A stretch of 64,000 nucleotides of DNA from Candidatus Omnitrophota bacterium (GCA_026387405.1 JAPLLV010000056.1:25765-89764), one strand, 5' to 3'. Counted from the first letter of the stretch, positions 8,805-17,315 are shown. A program made the numbers and translations. Notes: generated from the letters alone by a model not told the origin.

Positions 8805-9014
8805 GTGAATTCAGGGGAGCCCCAAGAAACACTTGGGGGAATCCTGAGCCAAGCCCGCCAACTTTTTTCCGGCGGGAAGGTGCAGAGACTAAGCGCCTAC
8901 CACCTAAAACTTTAAAAAGTAACGGTGATGAGATAGTCCAAGCCTTGAGGTAACTCGAGGGCACTTGAAATCTGCTGCACTTGTGCTTCAGAGGTTCGAA
9001 TCCTCTCCTGTCCA
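8728..9014 (+). tRNA. tRNA-Tyr (anticodon GUA) interrupted in the anticodon loop by a 204-nt group I intron. Exon 1 is 8728-8763, exon 2 is 8968-9014
   Basis: Exon 1 ggacagg-ta-ccc-aagtggccaaa-ggg-g-gcaga-ctgt and exon 2 aaa-tctgc-tgcacttgtgcttc (long variable arm)-agagg-ttcgaat-cctct-cctgtcc-a. The spliced product is nearly colinear with E. coli tRNA-Tyr (CCCGAGCGGCCAAAGGGAGCAGACUGUAAAUCUGC). The spurious antisense ORF MDRRGFEPL is the classic tRNA reverse-complement signature. Confidence 0.8.
8764..8967 (+). ncRNA. Group I intron (204 nt) in tRNA-Tyr
   Basis: 5' exon ends with U (cugu|), paired to the internal guide gcag just inside the intron (P1 with a U.G wobble). The intron ends with G (cacttg|). 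The R-like element gtgcagagactaag (8881-8894) and S-like element gagatagtcc (8930-8939) form P7 (gacta/tagtc). Further hairpins at ccccaag-aaaca-cttgggg and cccgcc...ggcggg. Confidence 0.75.
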
Positions 9015-9037
9015 TTGACTTTATCTACAGAACCAAT

Positions 9038-9658
9038 ATGGAAAATATAATAAAAACAGACCGAGATGCTTCTCTTTTTATCGATTTAGCAGATAAAGAT
9101 TATTTAGCAGTCAGGTTACTTTTTGGTTGTGGTAACTGTTTTTATAATTTAGCCGCCTACCATTCTCAGCAATGCTTGGAAAAATATCTAAAAGCATTTC
9201 TTGTTCAGAAAACCAGCACTTATCTCAAAACACATAATTTGAAAGAATTAAGGGAGATGGCCGAAGCTCATAATAGCTATTTCTCTAAAGACGAGGTAAA
9301 AAAAGCTTTGGCTGAGTTTGATAAATATGACCAAGTTACCCGTTATAGCGCAGAGGCCACTTACGACCCAAATTCACAGAAAAATAAGTGCTTTGAGATT
9401 AAAGGGGTGTGGAGCTTCGGTCTTGGGTTTGGCAATATTAGAACTTTAGATAAGCTTGTTTACGAAATAAGGAGTTTAATGGACTTCGATAAATTAAAGG
9501 GAAGAAACAATCTAAAAGACATATTTAAGGAAGAGAAAAACAATTCATTTATCATGTGTTGGAAATTACCGATTCCGATAAAAAGAGTATTAACTATAGA
9601 AAATGATTATTGGGGGGGCAGGTTAGATATAAAAGTTGAGTTTGTAGAAGTCAGTTAA
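9038..9658 (+). CDS. HEPN domain protein (putative RNase / toxin-like) with an Rx5H motif
   Basis: AAYHSQQCLEKYLKAFL helix and LREMAEAHNSY (R-x5-H) characteristic of HEPN. The first 19 codons of the tracked ORF overlap the tRNA-Tyr 3' exon, so the start at 9038 is preferred. Confidence 0.55.
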   Translation: MENIIKTDRDASLFIDLADKDYLAVRLLFGCGNCFYNLAAYHSQQCLEKYLKAFLVQKTSTYLKTHNLKELREMAEAHNSYFSKDEVKKALAEFDKYDQVTRYSAEATYDPNSQKNKCFEIKGVWSFGLGFGNIRTLDKLVYEIRSLMDFDKLKGRNNLKDIFKEEKNNSFIMCWKLPIPIKRVLTIENDYWGGRLDIKVEFVEVS

Positions 9659-9726
9659 ACCTGTTAGAATAGTTACAAATTAGTGAAAAAATTGGCTACA
9701 CCAATTTTTTCCTTACAAAGGAACCC

Positions 9727-9981
9727 ATGACCTGCGGACTAGGCATAAGCTGGATAGCATTATTGATCATTCTCGCGGCAGCATTAGTAATTTCTCTTTT
9801 TATTTTCTGGCTTTCCATGCTCATTGATTGCTGCAAAAGGAATTTCAACAACGGGATAGAGCGGCTTATCTGGCTCTTGATCATAATACTGGGTAATTTA
9901 TTGGGCGTCACTATATACTATTTCCTGATCGTCAGATACCATCCTGACGGGATAGCGGATAAGGAAGGCCGATTAAAATAG
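9727..9981 (+). CDS. Small membrane protein with a PLD-nuclease N-terminal (PLDc_N) domain
   Basis: Two TM helices with LIWLLIIILGNLLGVTIYYFL, typical of PLDc_N / YxlE-like proteins. Confidence 0.6.
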   Translation: MTCGLGISWIALLIILAAALVISLFIFWLSMLIDCCKRNFNNGIERLIWLLIIILGNLLGVTIYYFLIVRYHPDGIADKEGRLK

Positions 9982-9984
9982 TTT

Positions 9985-10058
9985 GCGAGCGTAGTTCAAT
10001 GGTAGAACAATAGCCTTCCAAGCTATATATGTCGGTTCGATTCCGATCGCTCGCTCCA
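9985..10058 (+). tRNA. tRNA-Gly (anticodon UCC)
   Basis: Acceptor gcgagcg/cgctcgc, anticodon stem atagc/gctat with loop cttccaa, T-arm gtcgg-ttcgatt-ccgat, CCA encoded. Confidence 0.85.
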
Positions 10059-10066
10059 AAAAAAAT

Positions 10067-10831
10067 ATGGAACGTGAATTTTTAGAACCTGTTTTTATCG
10101 AAGCCTTTGACCTGGATGACGCGTGGTTCCAGTGCCTCTCCAGGATACTGGATAGCGGCCATATCTATACCATCACCCGCGGCAGCTATGAGGGGCAGAA
10201 ACGCCTGGAGTTCGATTTTGTTACGATCAGAGTAAAAAAACCGGCACACCAGATTATCCCGATCATCCCCGAGGGGATGAGTATCCCCGCCCCGACAGAT
10301 ATGGACTATATCCAGGGTTATCTTAGTTATCTCATGACCGGGACCAAAACAGAGACCGAAGATTATACCTACGGAGAACGGCTGGTCGAGCCGCGGGTAA
10401 GGATAAAAGAAAATAAGGACGGCAAAGAGATGGTCCGGGAGATGCCTATCGGGGGTAACCAGATAGAAGCGGTAATAGACATGTACCGGAAAAAAGGCTT
10501 TGGCACCAATCAGGCAATAATGGAGATCGGCATGCCTTCCGACATCAACCTCGATGACCCTCCGTGCCTGCGGCTTATAGATACCAGGGTGCGCTACGGT
10601 AAGCTCCACTTTATCCTTTATTTCCGTTCCTGGGACCTCTGGGGCGGTTTCCCCTCTAACCTCGGAGGGCTGGAATTAGTCAAACAATACATGGCCGAGG
10701 AGATCGGGGTCAAGGACGGAGAAATAATCGCGGTGAGCAAGGGCTTGCACCTCTATGATTATAGCTGGGAACTGGCAAAGATGAGGACCAATAAGTCCTC
10801 TCCCCGGGCATTGGTTAATTTATCCACTTAA
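10067..10831 (+). CDS. thyA: Thymidylate synthase (ThyA superfamily), divergent
   Basis: Catalytic PPC(L) motif in DPPCLRLID and the R-S-x-D motif in ILYFRSWDLWGGFPSN. Length of 254 aa and N-terminal region are colinear with ThyA. Confidence 0.6.
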   Translation: MEREFLEPVFIEAFDLDDAWFQCLSRILDSGHIYTITRGSYEGQKRLEFDFVTIRVKKPAHQIIPIIPEGMSIPAPTDMDYIQGYLSYLMTGTKTETEDYTYGERLVEPRVRIKENKDGKEMVREMPIGGNQIEAVIDMYRKKGFGTNQAIMEIGMPSDINLDDPPCLRLIDTRVRYGKLHFILYFRSWDLWGGFPSNLGGLELVKQYMAEEIGVKDGEIIAVSKGLHLYDYSWELAKMRTNKSSPRALVNLST

Positions 10832-10856
10832 AACTAAAAAACAACGCGGAGTTGAC

Positions 10857-11414
10857 ATGGGCAGAAGAAAAAAATTCACCGGTAAGGAACGCAGGAAGTT
10901 TATAAGGCTTGACTACACGGCGCCTCTTGCCCTTAAGGTCTGTAAAAAAGAAACCGTCTCTAAGATACTGGATGGCTACACATCCGATGTAAGCCAGGCA
11001 GGACTCTTATGCAACATAAAAGACAAGGTAAAGATCAATGATATTTTATGGATCTCATTTGACCGGGCCACGCTGAATATCTGCGGAGAGATCGAAAAAA
11101 ATAGTTTTATCTATCAAGGCGGTATTGTCGGCAAGGTAGTCAGGATAACCCGCGCGCCCGGCGGATTCTACAGCGTGGGCGTCCAGTTCATGACCCGGGA
11201 AGAAAAAAACATCACCAATATCTTCCCGCAAATAAAATTTTTACGCCGAAGGAAAAAAATCCCGCCTGTGATAGAAGATACGGCCGAGGAAGAGCACAGT
11301 CCCGAACCGCTTGAGGAGATTGAGATCGGCGACCGGCACCACAAAAATAAACCCGTAGAACCTGAAACAGCTGAAGACGAGACAGATAAAGACTTCAAAG
11401 ATGAAGAAACCTGA
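10857..11414 (+). CDS. PilZ domain protein (c-di-GMP binding) with an acidic C-terminal tail
   Basis: RxxxR (ERRKFIRL) and DxSxxG (DVSQAGL) motifs. Confidence 0.65.
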   Translation: MGRRKKFTGKERRKFIRLDYTAPLALKVCKKETVSKILDGYTSDVSQAGLLCNIKDKVKINDILWISFDRATLNICGEIEKNSFIYQGGIVGKVVRITRAPGGFYSVGVQFMTREEKNITNIFPQIKFLRRRKKIPPVIEDTAEEEHSPEPLEEIEIGDRHHKNKPVEPETAEDETDKDFKDEET

Positions 11415-12402
11415 TATCTCTGTATTGGGCGACGGCGGATGGGGAACTACCTTAGCTATTTTACTGTATAATAAAGGTTTACCCGTTACCTTATGGGGAG
11501 CCTTCGAAGACTATAGCCGAGAAATAAACAGGACCCGGGTTAATAAAAGGTTCCTTCCCGGCATAAGGATACCCTCGGGCATCATTATCACCTCTAACCT
11601 TAAAGTTGCGTTGTCCGGAAAAGACATTATAATCTTTGCCATACCTTCGCAGTATATGCGCGGAGTGCTGAAGAAAATTAAAAAGATAGGTCATCCGCCT
11701 AAAGCAATATACCTAAGCGTAACGAAAGGAATAGAAATAGCTTCTTTAAAACGGATGTCGGAGATCATAAAAGATGAGCTCGGCAATCTAAAATTAGCCG
11801 TGCTCTCCGGGCCGACTATCGCGCATGAGCTGGCCAAAAGGCTTCCTACTACCGCTGTTATTTCCTCCCGGGACAAACCGCTAAGGAAATACCTGCAGAA
11901 TATCTTTATGACCGACACTTTTCGCATCTACACCAATGACGATACCGTGGGGGTTGAATTAGGGGGAAGCCTGAAAAATGTGATCGCCATTGCCTGCGGG
12001 ATCTCGGATGGGCTGGGGTTCGGCACCAATACAAAGGCCGCGTTATTATCCCGCGGGCTTTGTGAGATATCACGGTTGGGCGAAGCTATGGGGGCAAAGA
12101 AAAAGACTTTTAGCGGGCTCAGCGGGTTAGGAGACCTGGTCACTACCTGTATCAGCCCTTACAGCAGAAACAAATTTTTGGGAGAGCAGATTGCAAAGGG
12201 AAAAACTTTGCACAAAATAAAGTCTCATATGCAGATGGTAGCAGAGGGTGTGCCGACCGCAAAATCCGCTTACGAGTTAAGCCGGAAATACAAAGTCGAT
12301 ATGCCCATAATCAAAGAGATATATCTCGTTCTTTATAAAAATAAAAAACCGCGCAAGGCAGTAGAATACCTGATGGCGCGGGAGAGAAAAGAAGAATATT
12401 AG
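11401..12402 (+). CDS. gpsA: Glycerol-3-phosphate dehydrogenase [NAD(P)+]
   Basis: N-terminal Rossmann GDGGWGT, 333 aa, GpsA family motifs throughout. Confidence 0.9.
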   Translation: MKKPDISVLGDGGWGTTLAILLYNKGLPVTLWGAFEDYSREINRTRVNKRFLPGIRIPSGIIITSNLKVALSGKDIIIFAIPSQYMRGVLKKIKKIGHPPKAIYLSVTKGIEIASLKRMSEIIKDELGNLKLAVLSGPTIAHELAKRLPTTAVISSRDKPLRKYLQNIFMTDTFRIYTNDDTVGVELGGSLKNVIAIACGISDGLGFGTNTKAALLSRGLCEISRLGEAMGAKKKTFSGLSGLGDLVTTCISPYSRNKFLGEQIAKGKTLHKIKSHMQMVAEGVPTAKSAYELSRKYKVDMPIIKEIYLVLYKNKKPRKAVEYLMARERKEEY

Positions 12403-12421
12403 AAGATATACGATTGAAAAA

Positions 12422-12496
12422 CGGGGGATGGCGCAGTTTGGCTAGCGCGCTTGAATGGGGTTCAAGAGGCCGAGAGTTCAAGTCTCTCTCCCCCGA
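12422..12496 (+). tRNA. tRNA-Pro (anticodon GGG)
   Basis: Acceptor cggggga/tcccccg, anticodon stem cttga/tcaag with loop atggggt (G37), T-arm gagag-ttcaagt-ctctc. Confidence 0.75.
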
Positions 12497-12505
12497 TTAA
12501 ATCTT

Positions 12506-12546
12506 TCCAGACCCGCGGTGGAAAAAATTCCACCGCTGGTCTGGAA
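12506..12546. repeat. Family-5 hairpin, second copy (ttccagacccgcggtgg-aaaaaatt-ccaccgctggtctggaa)
   Basis: Near-identical to the hairpin at 6797-6837. Confidence 0.7.
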
Positions 12547-12559
12547 AAGGACAATCCGT

Positions 12560-12946
12560 ATGGATGAGGAAAGAAGGAGGTCACCGCGGATAAAAAAGAC
12601 GCTCGCAGTCCTCTATAGCCGCTGTGGAGAGACAGGACAAAATAACCAGACCTGGAACATGACTTCAGTCCAGAATATAAGCGGAAGAGGCATGCGGATA
12701 GTCACCAACGAAGAATTTCCTATCGGTGAAACTTTGATCTTCCGCCTTAAAATCCCTTCGCGTCCATTTGAATGGCAGGAGATAAAAGGTAAAATTGCAG
12801 GTGTCGAACAATTAAAAACGTCTAACGATGAACCTGTGGCTGGACAGTATATCGCAAGGATAGAATTTATAGAAACGCGAGATGACCAAAAATGGCATAT
12901 CGAAGAATACATACGCTGGTTCTTAGAACAATCCGGAGGTGAATAA
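12560..12946 (+). CDS. PilZ domain protein
   Basis: ERRRSPRIKK (RxxxR) and NISGRG (xSxxG) motifs. Upstream codons of the tracked ORF overlap tRNA-Pro, so the internal start is preferred. Confidence 0.6.
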   Translation: MDEERRRSPRIKKTLAVLYSRCGETGQNNQTWNMTSVQNISGRGMRIVTNEEFPIGETLIFRLKIPSRPFEWQEIKGKIAGVEQLKTSNDEPVAGQYIARIEFIETRDDQKWHIEEYIRWFLEQSGGE

Positions 12947-13302
12947 TGGGATATATTGGCCCGGAGAGGAGATCGAATCCCCGCGTAAACGGAAGATTTA
13001 TCGTTTCCTACCGGGTGCTGGACGAAAATGAATCTATCGATATCACCCAAACCAAAAACTTAAGCCTGGGCGGTATGCTCTTAACTACAAACCGGTACTT
13101 TGAAGCAGGAACTAACCTTGCCCTGGAAATCCGTCTCCCATTTGACCCTAACCCTATTATGCTTATCGCAAGAGTAGTAGATTCCCAGGAAATAACCAAA
13201 AACTTGATCTATGACACAAGGCTCACATTCCTGGCCATTGACGAAAGACATAGGAAGGTAATGTCGCAGACGGTAAACTATTATTTAAAAAGATCCGAGT
13301 AA
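12946..13302 (+). CDS. PilZ domain protein
   Basis: PERRSNPRV and NLSLGG motifs; 118 aa. Confidence 0.6.
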   Translation: MGYIGPERRSNPRVNGRFIVSYRVLDENESIDITQTKNLSLGGMLLTTNRYFEAGTNLALEIRLPFDPNPIMLIARVVDSQEITKNLIYDTRLTFLAIDERHRKVMSQTVNYYLKRSE

Positions 13303-13413
13303 TCCCGCAGAAAGCGGAACACCGATTTATCGCCGCAGTGGCGGCGCACCGGCCAATCAGGTATGGCCGGGTGCATGATAAAATCGGGTTTTAACTGTTG
13401 TGAAGGGACAAAC

Positions 13414-14709
13414 ATGGAAAAAATAAATATTGGCATTATCGGCTTTGGAAATGTTGGGGCGGGAGTGGTCAAGATCATACGCGAACGCGGCGCTAACTTG
13501 TCTTCAAAGATCGGCCTGCATCTTGAGATTAAGAAGATCTGCGATAAGGATACCGTGTCCAAAAGGAATGTCTCGGTAGATAAAAGCTTGATTACCAAGG
13601 ACGCGCACGAGATCATTGACGACCCGAAAATCGACATCGTGGTAGAACTCATCGGAGGCATCCACCCGGCGAGAGAGTTCATCACCCAGGCGCTTAATAA
13701 AGGCAAGAATATCGTCACTGCCAATAAGGCGCTTCTGGCCGTCTATGGCAGAGAACTCTTTGCCTTGGCAAGCGACCGCGGCAAAAATATTTATTTTGAA
13801 GCCTCGGTGGGCGCAGGGATACCCATAATCAAATCCCTGCGGGAAGGGCTAGTGGCGAACAAATTCAATAGTATCTATGGGATCGTGAACGGCACCTCGA
13901 ATTTCGTATTATCCCAGATGTCACAGCAAAACTACAGTTTTGACGAGGCATTGAGGGAGGCCAAAGAAAAGGGGTTCGCCGAAAAAGACCCGTCGCTCGA
14001 TATAGAAGGCATGGATTCCGCGCATAAATTATCCATCCTAAGCTATCTGGCCTTTGGCAGGCTTGTGGACCTCAGCGATATTTTTGTAGAGGGCATCTCC
14101 TGCGTAACCAACGCCGATATTAATTATGCCAGGGAACTCGGGTTCGCCATAAAACTATTGGCCATTGCCAAGAAAGAAAAAGATGAACTGGAACTAAGGG
14201 TGCATCCCACCCTTATACCCGAAGACCATCTTCTTTCCTCGGTGGGAGGGGTCTTCAACGCCATCTATGTTTCCAGCGACCTGGCGGGAAACCTCCTCTT
14301 CTACGGGCCCGGGGCCGGACAACTCTCTGCCGCCTCGGCTGTGGTGTCTGACCTGGTGGACTTAAGCCATGATATCAAGGCAGGGCTTTTCCGTCCCACA
14401 TTAAAGATCTCTCCGGATACCTCGATCAAGAAACTGCGTAAGATAGACGACATTGAAAGCCGCTATTATCTCCGCACCATGACCTTAGATAAACCCGGCG
14501 TCTTGGCAAAGATCGCCGGCATCCTGGCTAAATCCGGAATAAGTATCGCCTCGGTATCCCAGAAAGAGAAAGGGAGGCAGGAGGCCGTGCCTATAGTAAT
14601 GATAATCCACAGCGCAAAAGAAAAAGACATGCGCACTGCTTTAGGGACAATTAATAAATTGGATATAATCAAACAGAAGGCTGTGGCAATCAGGATCGAG
14701 GAGTTATGA
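13414..14709 (+). CDS. hom: Homoserine dehydrogenase
   Basis: GFGNVGAGV NAD-binding motif, homoserine dehydrogenase catalytic domain, C-terminal ACT domain. Internal Met at MEKINIGIIG preferred as the start. Confidence 0.9.
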   Translation: MEKINIGIIGFGNVGAGVVKIIRERGANLSSKIGLHLEIKKICDKDTVSKRNVSVDKSLITKDAHEIIDDPKIDIVVELIGGIHPAREFITQALNKGKNIVTANKALLAVYGRELFALASDRGKNIYFEASVGAGIPIIKSLREGLVANKFNSIYGIVNGTSNFVLSQMSQQNYSFDEALREAKEKGFAEKDPSLDIEGMDSAHKLSILSYLAFGRLVDLSDIFVEGISCVTNADINYARELGFAIKLLAIAKKEKDELELRVHPTLIPEDHLLSSVGGVFNAIYVSSDLAGNLLFYGPGAGQLSAASAVVSDLVDLSHDIKAGLFRPTLKISPDTSIKKLRKIDDIESRYYLRTMTLDKPGVLAKIAGILAKSGISIASVSQKEKGRQEAVPIVMIIHSAKEKDMRTALGTINKLDIIKQKAVAIRIEEL

Positions 14710-15884
14710 AAAATCACAAGTATAACGGGATTATAGAAAAATACCGCGGGTATCTTCCTGTTTCCGGTAAGACGCCGGTAATCACTCTGCAAGAAGGAAA
14801 TACTCCTCTAATATACGCCCCTTTCCTGAGTAGATTAGTCAGTGAAAGTTGCGGGGTTTACCCCCACACCAATTGGAAAAAAAAGGATATCTTTCAACCA
14901 ATTGGTGTGGGGGTATATCTAAAATATGAAGGTCTTAATCCTACCGGTTCTTTCAAAGACAGGGGCATGACTATGGCTGTTTCCAAGGCCTGCGAGCAAG
15001 GCTCAAGGGCAGTGATCTGCGCCTCAACCGGAAATACATCGGCCTCGGCTGCCGCTTATTCTGCCCGCGCCGGAATTAGATGCATTGTGCTCATTCCTAA
15101 GGGAGCGATCGCCCTGGGAAAGTTGAGCCAGGCAATAATCCACGGAGCAACGGTCCTGGCTGTTAAAGGAAATTTTGATGAAGCACTGGAACTGGTAAAA
15201 GAGGTCGCGGCAAAATATCCCATAACCCTGGTCAACTCGCTTAACCCTTTCCGCATTGAAGGACAGAAAACCGCTAGTTTCGAGATCTGCGATTATTTGG
15301 GCAGGGCTCCGGATTTCCAGGTCATGCCTGTGGGCAATGCCGGAAATATCACCGCTTATTGGAAAGGATATAAAGAATACAAAGTTCATAAGAAAATAAG
15401 GCATTTGCCTGTGATGCTCGGTTTTCAGGCCGAAGGCGCAGCGCCTATAGTGAAGGGACATCCCATAAAAAATCCGCAAACTTTAGCCACGGCCATACGT
15501 ATCGGCAATCCGGCAAGCTGGACTCAGGCAGAAGCAGCTCGAGACGAATCCAGCGGGCTTATCGATGCGGTCTCGGATAAAGAAATAATCGCTGCCTACA
15601 AACTATTAGCCCAAAAGGAAGGCGTCTTTGTGGAACCTGCTTCCGCGGCTTCTATCGCCGGCCTCTTAAAATTAGCCAGAAATAAATATTTTAAACCAAG
15701 TACCAACGACCAACCCCGCCTGCCACTTGGTACGCGGGGCGGGCAGGGACCAACGACCAAAATCGTCTGCATCCTGACCGGACATGGCTTGAAAGACCCG
15801 GACAGGGCCATAAAATCAGTTAAAGAACCAAAGATAGTAAAGCCGGAATTGAGAGCTATATTAAGGGGAATAGGCTATTTTTAG
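14706..15884 (+). CDS. thrC: Threonine synthase, with a roughly 22-aa repeat-derived insertion near the C-terminus
   Basis: PLP-lysine motif FKDRGMT and GNTSASAAAY. The insertion KPSTNDQPRLPLGTRGGQGPTTK is encoded by caacgac-type repeats at 15696-15762. Confidence 0.9.
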   Translation: MKNHKYNGIIEKYRGYLPVSGKTPVITLQEGNTPLIYAPFLSRLVSESCGVYPHTNWKKKDIFQPIGVGVYLKYEGLNPTGSFKDRGMTMAVSKACEQGSRAVICASTGNTSASAAAYSARAGIRCIVLIPKGAIALGKLSQAIIHGATVLAVKGNFDEALELVKEVAAKYPITLVNSLNPFRIEGQKTASFEICDYLGRAPDFQVMPVGNAGNITAYWKGYKEYKVHKKIRHLPVMLGFQAEGAAPIVKGHPIKNPQTLATAIRIGNPASWTQAEAARDESSGLIDAVSDKEIIAAYKLLAQKEGVFVEPASAASIAGLLKLARNKYFKPSTNDQPRLPLGTRGGQGPTTKIVCILTGHGLKDPDRAIKSVKEPKIVKPELRAILRGIGYF

Positions 15885-15954
15885 CGTATAGCGGATAGCG
15901 TTTAGTGAGCAGAAAAATTCTCGCTCTACGCTCTACGCTCTACGCTCTACGCTA
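15885..15954. repeat. Family-2 simple repeat: agcgtatagcggatagcg followed by four tandem copies of the heptamer GCTCTAC (15923-15950)
   Basis: Direct reading. Shares agcgtatagcggatag with the repeat at 60286-60360. Confidence 0.8.
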
Positions 15955-16584
15955 ATGTTAAAAAATAAGCGAATTCTAATTACCGCGGGCCCCACCTGGG
16001 TTCCCATAGACAGCGTAAGGGTAATCAGTAATATCGCGACAGGGGAAACCGGGAGGCTTTTAGCCGAAAGATTACAAAAGGCAGGCGCAAAGGTCACTCT
16101 GATTATAGGACATACGGGCTGTTCTTCTTCAAACCGCAATATCCGCATAATTAATTTTAAATTTTTTGATGACCTGCGGAAAATCCTGAAAAAAGAACTG
16201 CGCTTAACTAAATACGATTTTATTATCCATTCGGCAGCCGTTTCAGATTTTAAACCGCGAAGGACCATTAAAAACAAGATTGATTCGGCAAGACCTCGCA
16301 CTTTGAAGCTTATAGGCTTACCGAAAATCATAAAGGATATACGCTCTTTAAATCCCGAGGGGAAACTAGTGATGTTCAAGTTGGAATCGGGGGTAAATGA
16401 CACGACTCTGATTAAACGCGCCAGAAAATCCCTGCTGGCTTACCAGGCGGATTTTGTTGTAGCAAACCGCGTCTTTAGAGCGTACAAGGCATTTGTCCTG
16501 AATCATTCAAAGGTTTACTCAAAAGCCGGATCAAAAAAAGAATTGGTTAGAAAACTCGTTGAGGTATTAAAGCGGGCGAGGTGA
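15955..16584 (+). CDS. coaB: Phosphopantothenoylcysteine synthetase domain protein (CoaB-like, DFP C-terminal half)
   Basis: ILITAGPTWVPIDSVRVISNIATGETG matches the CoaB signature. Confidence 0.75.
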   Translation: MLKNKRILITAGPTWVPIDSVRVISNIATGETGRLLAERLQKAGAKVTLIIGHTGCSSSNRNIRIINFKFFDDLRKILKKELRLTKYDFIIHSAAVSDFKPRRTIKNKIDSARPRTLKLIGLPKIIKDIRSLNPEGKLVMFKLESGVNDTTLIKRARKSLLAYQADFVVANRVFRAYKAFVLNHSKVYSKAGSKKELVRKLVEVLKRAR

Positions 16585-17312
16585 AAATGGAATTAAATGA
16601 AATCGATATCCGGGTAAAAAACGCGTTCGATAATTTCGTTTTACAGGCGAGCGAGCGGCTTAAAAATAGCCTGAAATCAGTTATATTACACGGCAGCATT
16701 GTTTCAGGGGAACATATCCCGAGGCATTCCGATATTAATATTTTACTGGTGGTCGATAAAGTGGACATCGATATCCTTGATGCTATCGCCGGAATAAAAA
16801 CTAAGACTTCCGCCGGCCGCATCGTGCCATTGGTTTTAAGCGATAATTATATACAAAACTCCACTGATACCTTCCCCATAGAATTTTTAGAGATGCAAAA
16901 ACACCATACGGTGCTATGGGGAAACGATCCTTTAGCGGGACTTAAGATCGACCCTAAGAATCTCAGGCATCAATGCGAATGGGAACTAAAATCGAAAATC
17001 ATAACCATGCAGCAACTATATATAAATACCCGCGGCAATGCCAGGGCAGCAGGAGATTTCTTAATTAGAAACCTGACCTCTTTTATCGTAGTCTTTAAAC
17101 ATATCCTGGGCTTAAAAAATGTCCTTGTGGATGGCCAGCCGGAGGTATTGGAAAAAATATGCGATGAATTTGGGCTGGAAAAAGATATTTTTTTGGAAAT
17201 TTTGCATGCGCGGCAGGGAAAATTAAAAATAAAGGATGCGGCGAGTTCATTCGCGCGATTTTTATCTGCGCTAAACAAACTTTCTGAACAAATCGATAAA
17301 CTATCCTTGTAA
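16581..17312 (+). CDS. Nucleotidyltransferase (Pol-beta superfamily) domain protein with a C-terminal helical domain
   Basis: hGS-x10-DID motif (LHGSIVSGEHIPRHSDINILLVV). Confidence 0.6.
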   Translation: MKMELNEIDIRVKNAFDNFVLQASERLKNSLKSVILHGSIVSGEHIPRHSDINILLVVDKVDIDILDAIAGIKTKTSAGRIVPLVLSDNYIQNSTDTFPIEFLEMQKHHTVLWGNDPLAGLKIDPKNLRHQCEWELKSKIITMQQLYINTRGNARAAGDFLIRNLTSFIVVFKHILGLKNVLVDGQPEVLEKICDEFGLEKDIFLEILHARQGKLKIKDAASSFARFLSALNKLSEQIDKLSL

Positions 17313-17315
17313 TAT

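Noticed and set aside
8985-9014. tRNA 3'-end fragment as an attR-type direct repeat of an integrated island
   Set aside because: The fragment does not match the 3' end of the upstream tRNA-Thr. The complementary 5' half (ggacagg...) lies at 8728, so it is a split gene and not an integration scar
8698-9015. Minus-strand ORF MDRRGFEPLKHK... (105 aa)
   Set aside because: The GFEPL peptide is the classic translation of the reverse complement of a tRNA T-arm (ggattcgaacc). It overlaps tRNA-Tyr exon 2 and the group I intron
8805-9015. Possible tmRNA or RNase P RNA in the structured region after the LAGLIDADG ORF
   Set aside because: No tag-peptide reading frame ending in ALAA-like residues, and no 5' GGGG acceptor pairing. 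The region is fully explained as a group I intron plus tRNA-Tyr exon 2
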